DNA of 9,437 nt from Octopus sinensis (GCF_006345805.1 NW_021827935.1:1-9437), one strand, 5' to 3'. Positions 1-7,594 are shown, counted from the stretch's first letter. Notes: generated by a model not told the origin, from the sequence alone. A program made the numbers and translations.

Positions 1-135
1 TCAATACCACAGATTTGCTTGTTGATTGCTTGACTTTAATTAATTGAGTATGTTCCTTGCAATTCTGAAATAATTACAGTGCAATGTTTTTCCAGACCAA
101 GTTTGTTCCAATTGCCCGTCTCTCTTCGCTGATGA

Positions 136-154
136 TGGAGCCACCTGGTGGCCA
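136..154 (-). promoter_or_regulatory. CTCF-like motif (near-palindromic, contains E-box CACCTG)
   Basis: The minus strand reads TGGCCACCAGGTGGCTCCA, matching 13/14 of the CTCF core CCASYAGRKGGCRS. GCCACC-T-GGTGGC (140-152) is a perfect inverted repeat. Motif match only. Confidence 0.4.
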
Positions 155-276
155 ATAATGATGTAATTACACAGACACATATCTCTTACAACGCATTACA
201 TCAAGTACAACCTAATTACACTTACAATTAACTTAATTAAGTAAAACCGCAATCTAATTTTTTTACCTTTATATAT

Positions 277-303
277 GGCGCAAGTGTGGCTGTGTGGTAA
301 GAA
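277..303 (+). mobile_element. SINE family A 5' head stub
   Basis: GGCGCAAGTGTGGCTGTGTGGTAAGAA matches the 5' end of the full-length copies and follows TATATAT. Confidence 0.8.
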
Positions 304-305
304 AA

Positions 306-380
306 TACCCAAAATGCCACGCAGTGGGACTGAACCCGGAACCATGTGGTTCGTAAGCAAGCTACTTACCACACAGCCAC
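306..380 (-). mobile_element. SINE family A tRNA-like head fragment
   Basis: GCCACGCAGTGGGACTGAACCCGGAACCATGTGGTT...GCAAGCTACTTACCACACAGCCAC is nearly identical to 2284-2348 and 7223-7287. Confidence 0.92.
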
Positions 381-404
381 CTCATCTTTTATGTAAACTT
401 TCAG

Positions 405-522
405 ACAAATTGTAGACTGTCCTTGTAATATTCCCCTTCGATGCCCCTGTGGCAAATCATCGCAAATATTACCACCACCACCACCGCCTCCACCTCCACC
501 CTCGACCTATAACAAGGTCTAG
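405..522 (+). CDS. Candidate coding exon with CPC motifs and a Pro10 run (unverified)
   Basis: Branch-like CTCAT (381-385), a pyrimidine tract and TTTCAG (399-404) precede an open frame QIVDCPCNIPLRCPCGKSSQILPPPPPPPPPPSTYNKV*. The Pro codons are mixed (CCA/CCG/CCT/CCC). A minus-strand frame giving poly-Gly is also open, so the strand is ambiguous. Confidence 0.25.
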
Positions 523-770
523 TTTGCTTTAGCGAAAGGGGTTGTGACAAACAACTCCATGCTTTGCCTTTCTTCTTTACTGGCTGCGAATAAGAATAAT
601 GAAGTTACTATTTCAGTGTTCTAATTAGATTTAACTACGGGATATTTGATACCTTCTTACCCAGAACTACAGGTTGTTACTATTACCCTCTGTTTATTGA
701 GTTCCGATTAAATACTTTACGCATGAAATAATTCTGGCGATCACGAGAACATTTGTTTCACCCACAACTT

Positions 771-1148
771 ACACACACACACACACACACAGACACACAC
801 ACACATATATATATATATATAGACACACACACAAACATTTGTATATACATATAGACGCATGCTTATGATTATAAACACACGCATACACACACATATATAA
901 ACATATCCAAAGGGACACATATTTACTTATATATGCATTCGCATGTATGTACATAGACACGCAAATGCATACATATTCATACACACACGTACAATCATAT
1001 ATGTGTGTGTGTATAAACTCACGCATATAGACAGGTTTGCTCATATATATATACACATATCCATAAATATATATATATACACACATACGTATATTAACAT
1101 ACTTATATGCACGCTGCAGATATATATATTCATATATTTATCCATACA

Positions 1149-1216
<68 letters not shown>

Positions 1217-1228
1217 ATATATATAATT
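771..1228. repeat. Compound (CA)n/(TA)n/(CT)n microsatellite region
   Basis: (AC)n from ~771, degenerate TA/CA/TG, (CT)n at 1159-1182, (TA)n at 1183-1225. Confidence 0.95.
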
Positions 1229-1484
1229 AATAGATGTATATACAAATACTTTACATAGCCGTTCATTTACATAGCCGTTCACCACCTCTCCTTGTCCGAT
1301 ACGCACCTAACCGTTTGTGTTCTATAAGCTCCCTTCTGTAAAACCCATTACTTTATAATTAATTCTGTGCGCAATCAATTATATGAATGAAATTAAAGCA
1401 GCGAGTGTATATAAAACAAAATTATTGGAGATTAATTAATCAAATTCTTCACAATATATACGCACACCAAGTGTAGAGTAACAC

Positions 1485-1875
1485 GTACATATATACATAC
1501 ACACATACACATATTTGTGTGTGTATATACGTTTGTATATACTAATATATGTGTGTATATGTATGTATATACATACATACAAATATATCTATATATATAT
1601 ACATATGTATATTCATACATAAAAAATATATATGTATATAAATGCATATACACATGTATATACATACATACAAATATATGTATATATATATATATATATA
1701 TATACATGTGTATATACATACATAAAAAATATATATGTATATATATATATGCATATACACATGTATAATCATACATACAAATATGTATATACATACATAT
1801 TATATATATACACACACATACATATGTATATGCATGTGTATATACATATCTATATTATTTCATGTGTGTGTGTGA
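1485..1875. repeat. Compound TA/TACA microsatellite with a ~100-bp higher-order repeat
   Basis: CATACATAAAAAATATATATGTATATA occurs at 1614 and 1717. CATACATACAAATAT occurs at 1572, 1663 and 1770. Confidence 0.9.
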
Positions 1876-1948
1876 AACACATGGCATTTATCAGCGTTTA
1901 CCATTTTTCTGTAAATGCACGCGCACGCGCGCAGCATGTACATGTATA

Positions 1949-2355
1949 TACTCTTTTACTCTTTTACTTGTTTCAGTCATTTGACTGCGGCCATGCTGGA
2001 GTACCGCCTTTAGTCGAGCAAATCGACACCGGGACTTATTCTTTGTAGGCCCAGTACTTATTCTATCGGTTTCTTTTGCCGAACCGCTAAGTGACGGGGA
2101 CGTAAACACACCAGCATCGGTTGTCAAGCAATGCTAGGGGGACAAACACAGACACACAAACACATACACACACACATATATATATACATATATACGACAG
2201 GCTTCTTTCAGTTTCCATCTACCAAATCCACTCACAAGGCATTGGTCGGCCCGGGACTATAGCAGAAGGCACTTGCCCAAGGTGCCACGCTGTGGGACTG
2301 AACCCGGAACCATGTGGTTGGTTAGCAAGCTACTTACCACACAGCCACTCCTGCG

Positions 2356-2357
<2 letters not shown>
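1949..2357 (-). mobile_element. Full-length tRNA-derived SINE, family A (octopus-type), young copy
   Basis: Sense strand: GGCGCAGGAGTGGCTGTGTGGTAAG (A-box-like), GGGTTCAGTCCC (B-box-like), ACCTTGGGCAAGT, an internal microsatellite (~2146-2194) and a tail ending (GTAAAAGA)2GTA. Roughly 95% identical by eye to 6888-7293. Confidence 0.95.
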
Positions 2358-2449
<92 letters not shown>

Positions 2450-2462
2450 GGCGCAGGAGTGG

Positions 2463-2500
<38 letters not shown>

Positions 2501-2547
2501 CACACAATACATATACAATACATATATAATATCTATATACATACATA
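2358..2547. repeat. (TA)n arrays flanking an inverted SINE head stub
   Basis: A 92-nt almost pure (TA)n at 2358-2449, and further TA/CA repeat at 2469-2547. Confidence 0.95.
2450..2468 (+). mobile_element. 19-nt inverted copy of the family A 5' end
   Basis: GGCGCAGGAGTGGCTGTGT is the exact reverse complement of 2339-2357. Confidence 0.85.
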
Positions 2548-2682
2548 GTGAAGATGCATGGCTGAGAGGTTAGTGTTGGTATCAAAATCGTGAGGTGGGG
2601 AGTTCGATTCCCAGACCGGGCTGTTTGTTGTGTGCCCCAGCATAGCTACAGACTTGTAACTAAAACAAGTAAAAGATAAAAA
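2548..2682 (+). mobile_element. Internally deleted SINE with a second tRNA-like head (family B) and the shared 3' tail
   Basis: A-box-like TGGCTGAGAGGT (2559-2570) and B-box GTTCGATTC (2602-2610). The tail GCCCCAGCATAGCTACAGAC...AAAACAAGTAAAAGATAAAA is homologous to the family A tail CTCCAGCATGGCCGCAGTC...GAAACAAGTAAAAGA. Confidence 0.75.
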
Positions 2683-2867
2683 CCATAAAAAAAATATATT
2701 TCAACCCCCTATATGTCACACACCTTTTGGCCCCATATTTCTGCTCCCGTAATTATAGCCTTAATCTATATTTAATCTGATAGAAATTTTATTTTATAAG
2801 ATTTTTTCCTGTACAAGAAGGAATTCAAAATGGTGGGATTAGCAAAGCGTCTGAAAAATTGATTTAA

Positions 2868-3116
2868 TCTTTAACTTGCTTCAGGCATTTGACTGCGGCC
2901 ATGCTGAGGCACCGCAGCCTTTAAGGACATTTGCCGAATAAATTAGACGTCTGTACTTAACTATTTTTAAGCCTGGTGCCTATGCCATCCGTCTCTTTCG
3001 CTGAACCGCTACGTTACGGGGACATAAACACACGAACACTGGTTATGAAACGGTGATGGGGGGGGGACAAAGAGACACAAACACACACACAGATATCTAT
3101 CTATTTATCTATCTCT

Positions 3117-3189
<73 letters not shown>

Positions 3190-3201
3190 AATATATTGAT
3201 G

Positions 3202-3267
<66 letters not shown>

Positions 3268-3276
3268 TATATATGT

Positions 3277-3340
<64 letters not shown>

Positions 3341-3356
3341 TATATATATATGTATG

Positions 3357-3389
<33 letters not shown>

Positions 3390-3410
3390 AATATTATATA
3401 TATTATGTAT

Positions 3411-3451
<41 letters not shown>

Positions 3452-3553
3452 TATATATATATATATGTAATATATGTATGTATATATATATATAGAATGT
3501 ATGATATATATGTATGTATATATATATATATATGTATGTAGTATATATGTATG

Positions 3554-3585
<32 letters not shown>

Positions 3586-3592
3586 CATATAT

Positions 3593-3625
<33 letters not shown>

Positions 3626-3790
3626 TGCATATATACGACGGTTTCTTTCAGTTTCCGTTTACCAAATCCACTCACAAGGCTTTGGTCGGCCCAAGGCTAT
3701 AGTAGAAGACACTTGCCCAAGGTGCCATGCAGTTGGACTGAACCCGAAACCATGTAGTTGGGTAACAAGCTTCTTACCACACAGCCACAC
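2868..3790 (-). mobile_element. Family A SINE (diverged 3' half 2868-3090, 5' half 3635-3790) split by a ~560-bp microsatellite
   Basis: Tail ACTTGCTTCAGGCATTTGACTGCGGCCATGCTG and body GAACCGCTACGTTACGGGGACATAAACAC. The 5' half runs ACGACGG...CTTACCACACAGCCAC. The halves are colinear and on the same strand, but could be two separate insertions. Confidence 0.8.
3091..3634. repeat. Compound (TATC)/(CT)n/(TA)n/(TATATATGTATG)n array
   Basis: (CT)n at ~3112-3148, then (TA)n, then tandem 12-mer TATATATGTATG from ~3203 with degenerate continuation. Confidence 0.95.
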
Positions 3791-3908
3791 TTTGAAGATG
3801 TTCTCAGCAAGTCCATTTGTGTTAATCTCTTATTTTGCTACGCAGTGTGTGAAATGTGTGTGTGTATAGCCGTGTCTGTCTGTCTGTCTGTCCTATTTGG
3901 TATCCTAG

Positions 3909-4016
3909 ATACAGAATCGGGTGGACCCTATTACTGAAATGGGGACCGAGTGTGCAATTTGTATTAAGGAGACTCGCTCATTCACCGGCAGAGCGATATG
4001 TACACCCACTTACCAC
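3909..4016 (+). CDS. Weak candidate 108-nt internal exon (unverified)
   Basis: Acceptor-like TCCTAG (3903-3908) and donor-like GTATGA (4017-4022). Frame 0 reads IQNRVDPITEMGTECAICIKETRSFTGRAICTPTYH and is bounded by stops at both splice sites. No family recognised. Confidence 0.2.
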
Positions 4017-4179
4017 GTATGACTACATAGATCTATTCTTATACACACCCAAGTAGATGTATGTATGTATGTACGTGTGTATAGTGATGCCTATTAAAAC
4101 GAACAAGGATGTTCGCTTTTTTTAAAAAAGCGTGTCAATGACCATTCACTATTGTTTTCTCAGCTCAATTTCGTTGCTA

Positions 4180-4290
4180 CACACACATGTACATATACAT
4201 GCATATATATATACACATACATGTATATAAATATATGCATACGCATACATACACATAAATGCATTTACATATGTGTGTGTGTGTGTATAC

Positions 4291-4324
<34 letters not shown>

Positions 4325-4455
4325 CACACATACATATATATATATACACACATACATACATATATATACATACATATAATATACACATGCATATATATAA
4401 ATATATGCATACGCATACATACACATAAATGCATTTATTTATGTGTGTGTGTGTA

Positions 4456-4493
<38 letters not shown>

Positions 4494-4611
4494 CACACAT
4501 ACATACATACATATATATATATATACATACACACACACACACATATATATATATATATGTATATATCACGCATATATTTATACATACACGCACGCATATA
4601 CACGTACAAGT

Positions 4612-4656
<45 letters not shown>

Positions 4657-4795
4657 TGGGATAGATATACGTATACACACCACACGCACACACACACACA
4701 CATATATGTACGTATATTTTATATATATATATATAGTCACATATGCATACATGCAAATACAGGCTTATATATACATAAATCTATGTATACACATG
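4180..4795. repeat. Compound CA/TA/TG microsatellite with a 170-bp tandem duplication
   Basis: The 44-nt TATATAAATATATGCATACGCATACATACACATAAATGCATTTA is identical at 4224 and 4394. (GT)n at ~4624-4654. Confidence 0.92.
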
Positions 4796-4989
4796 TAAAT
4801 GTCAGTGTATCACATTCTCTCTCCGTTTGTCTCTCATACACACACACACACACACGTTTCCCTCTTTGCCACACAGACATACACGCCGTCCGGCGCAGTT
4901 TTCACGCTTGGGGACACTTACAGATGTTTTGACAAACCCCTTTTTCCATTGTATATACAAATGTAGAGGTAATTTCATGCACACATTGA

Positions 4990-5004
4990 CAAACAGGGGG
5001 CGCT
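4990..5004 (+). promoter_or_regulatory. CTCF-like motif in a CpG-enriched island
   Basis: CAAACAGGGGGCGCT matches 12/14 of CCASYAGRKGGCRS and has the strong AGGGGGCGC core. About 11 CpGs in 4880-5070. Confidence 0.35.
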
Positions 5005-5074
5005 TTGTGAAGCGAAGTCAACCATGCGACGTTGTTTCCGGTTAGGGACAAAACTTCGCTGATACAGAGCCCTT

Positions 5075-5252
5075 CCCTCCCCCCTCTCTCTCTCTCTATC
5101 TCTTTCCTATCTCCATTCTTTCTCTCGTGCTTTCTCTTTCTTTCTCCCAACTCTCTCTCTCTCTCTCTCTCTCTCCTCTCACTCTCATTTGAATTTTTAT
5201 TTGAATTTCACACAAACATACTCTGCTTTTTTATAATTCTTCCTTCTATCTG

Positions 5253-5308
<56 letters not shown>

Positions 5309-5356
5309 ACTTTCTTTCTTTCTTTCTTTCTTTCTTTCTCTCTGTCTGTCTGTCTA

Positions 5357-5443
<87 letters not shown>

Positions 5444-5464
5444 GTCTGTCTTTCTTTCTTTCTC

Positions 5465-5527
<63 letters not shown>

Positions 5528-5570
5528 CTCTGTCTCTCTGTCTCTCTCTCTCTATCTATCTGTCTATCTT

Positions 5571-5631
<61 letters not shown>

Positions 5632-5660
5632 CTCTATCTACCTGTCTGTCTCTGTCTTTC
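5075..5660. repeat. Pyrimidine-rich compound (TC)n/(TCTA)n/(TCTT)n/(TCTG)n array (GATA-type repeats on the minus strand)
   Basis: Direct reading. Pyrimidine-rich + strand with long TATC runs at ~5255-5302 and ~5370-5442. Confidence 0.95.
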
Positions 5661-5752
5661 CATCCCATATACCTTTTCTGCCTCTTCGTCTAAACCCTTA
5701 GATTCCTCTAACCCCGTCTCTCTATCTCCCAGTATTTCCATCTATCGTGCAT

Positions 5753-6198
5753 CCTTTTACCTTTTGCTTGTTGCAGTCAGTAGACCGCGGCCATGCTGGA
5801 GTACAGCTTTGATGAATTTTTAGTCGAATGAATCAATTCCAGTACTTATGTTTTTCTTCAAAATCCTAGTACTAATTCTATCGGTTTCTTAAGCTGAGCG
5901 GCTAAGTTACGGGGACGCAAACACACCGACACCGGTGGTCAAATGATGGTGATGGTAGGACAAACAGACACAAAGACACACACATATAGATACAGACACA
6001 CACACACGCACACACACACACACACAACCACACATAATATATATGACGGGCTTCTTTCAGTTTCCGTCAACCAAATCCACTCACAAGGCTTTGGTGGCTC
6101 CGAGGGTATTGTAGAGACACACTTGCCCAAGGTGCCACACGGTGGGACTGAACCCAGAACCATGTGGTTGGGAAGCAACCTTCTTACAACACAGTCAT
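5753..6198 (-). mobile_element. Full-length older family A SINE
   Basis: Tail CCTTTTACCTTTTGCTTGTTGCAGTCAG...CCGCGGCCATGCTGGAG, an internal microsatellite (~5964-6044), and a 5' half ending CTTACAACACAGTCAT. Confidence 0.9.
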
Positions 6199-6200
6199 AT

Positions 6201-6394
6201 CCACACACACACACAGATATTCACACATGACGGGCTTCTTTCAGTTTCCATCTACCAAATCTACTCAAAAGTCTTCCGTTGGTCTGTGACTGTAGTACAA
6301 AAAACAACACTTACCCAAGGTGCCACGCAGTGGGACTGAACCCGGAACCATGTGGTTGGTAAGCAAACTTCTTACCACACAGCCACGCCTGCGC
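6201..6394 (-). mobile_element. Family A SINE 5' half only, ending in its internal microsatellite
   Basis: TGACGGGCTTCTTTCAGTTTCC...CTTACCACACAGCCACGCCTGCGC. The CA repeat at 6201-6227 directly abuts the head of the 5753-6198 copy. Confidence 0.9.
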
Positions 6395-6527
6395 AATAAT
6401 AGCAATTGAAAAGAATAATTTTAATTCTTTTTATTAATAAATCTGTTAACTTTAATTGAATGAATTAATTACTCTAGGTAATTAAACAATCTATTATTAC
6501 ATTAGAAGTTTTTGTTGTCTAATTATT

Positions 6528-6590
6528 CAGTGGGATTGAACCCGGAACCATGTGGTTGGGAAGCAAGCTACCTACCACACAGCCACTCCT
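6528..6590 (-). mobile_element. Family A head-only fragment
   Basis: CAGTGGGATTGAACCCGGAACCATGTGGTTGGGAAGCAAGCTACCTACCACACAGCCACTCCT. Confidence 0.9.
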
Positions 6591-6740
6591 ACTTATTTAT
6601 TTTCTTTCCATGTTTTTTTTAAATATTGGTACTTATAGCAATCTGTTCGTTTTTCTCGAACCGCTAATTCACGGAGGACGTAAACACCACAACACCGGTT
6701 GTTAAGCGGTGAGAAACAGAAACACAAACACACATATATA
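6591..6740 (-). mobile_element. Degenerate family A 3'-half remnant
   Basis: GGTACTTAT...CGAACCGCTAATTCACGGAGGACGTAAACACCACAACACCGGTTGTTAAGCGG...ACACAAACACAC aligns with 2052-2165. Confidence 0.75.
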
Positions 6741-6887
6741 TCTTTAAATTCATTTACGGGAAACGTTTTCGTATAAGCATATAAATGCTCCTAATTCATT
6801 ACGCCAATTACAGCCTAAAGACATCAACTGGTAATGCCAGTTTTAGGGGTGGTCACGCCGGGCTGTGCCGGTATAATGTAGGATATA

Positions 6888-7293
6888 TACTCTTTTACTC
6901 TTTTACTTGTTTCAGTCATTTGACTGCGGCCATGCTGGAGCATCGCCTTTTAGTCGAGCAAATCGACCCCGGGACTTATTCTTTGTAAGCCTAGTACTTA
7001 TTCTATCAGTCTCTTTTGCCGAACCGCTAAGTGACGGAGACGTAAACACACCAGCATCGGTTGTCAAGCAATGCTAGGGGGACAAACACAGGCACACAAA
7101 CACACATACACATATATACATATACATATATACGACAGGCTTCTTTCAGTTTCCGTCTACCAAATCCACTCACAAGGCATTGGTCGGCCCGGAGCTATAG
7201 CAGAAGACACTTGCCCAAGATGCCACGCAGTGGGACTGAACCCGGAACCATGTGGTTGGTTAGCAAGCTACTTACCACACAGCCACTCCTGCG
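6888..7293 (-). mobile_element. Full-length family A SINE, young copy
   Basis: Colinear with 1949-2357. I count about 16 differences outside the internal microsatellite (~7086-7132). Confidence 0.95.
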
Positions 7294-7413
7294 TTGAAAT
7301 ATTATCAGCTTTACGTTTTTTATGCTCCATAAGATGACGAAGGTGGGTAAAAAAATCAACAGGTTTCAGACGTGACCACCCCCGCCTATACCCGTCTCCT
7401 GCACACAACCCCC

Positions 7414-7423
7414 TTCTCTCCCC

Positions 7424-7472
<49 letters not shown>
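7414..7472. repeat. (CT)n microsatellite
   Basis: Pure (TC)n at ~7431-7466. Confidence 0.95.
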
Positions 7473-7594
7473 AAAGCACCCTGTTTTATCGTCAAGTACC
7501 CGAAGAAATGGGAACACAGTGGTTTTAAACTGGGATTAAAATGGCGACTAGCTGGGATTTTCTTAAATTGTTTTTTTTTGAATTTTTTTTATAA

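Noticed and set aside
1-60. Possible remnant of another dispersed octopus repeat
   Set aside because: No second copy or terminal structure in the window, so it is unsupported without a search.
129-160. CTGATGA hammerhead-like core (also CTGAGGA at 8873-8879)
   Set aside because: No correctly placed stem II closed by GAAA, and no stem I/III pairing found.
2284-2357. SINE heads as true tRNA genes
   Set aside because: No acceptor-stem or anticodon-stem pairing, and they continue into SINE body sequence. The source tRNA cannot be assigned reliably.
1891-2408. Complex-looking ORFs (MTTDAGVFTSP..., MSSNARGTNT..., also 7061-7337, 5943-6230, 9046-9228)
   Set aside because: They lie inside SINE copies, and indels and stops differ between near-identical copies.
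5032-5823. Longest ORF (263 aa, SIYL/LSLS repeats)
   Set aside because: It is the pyrimidine-rich TCTA/TC array running into a SINE tail, with no protein-like content.
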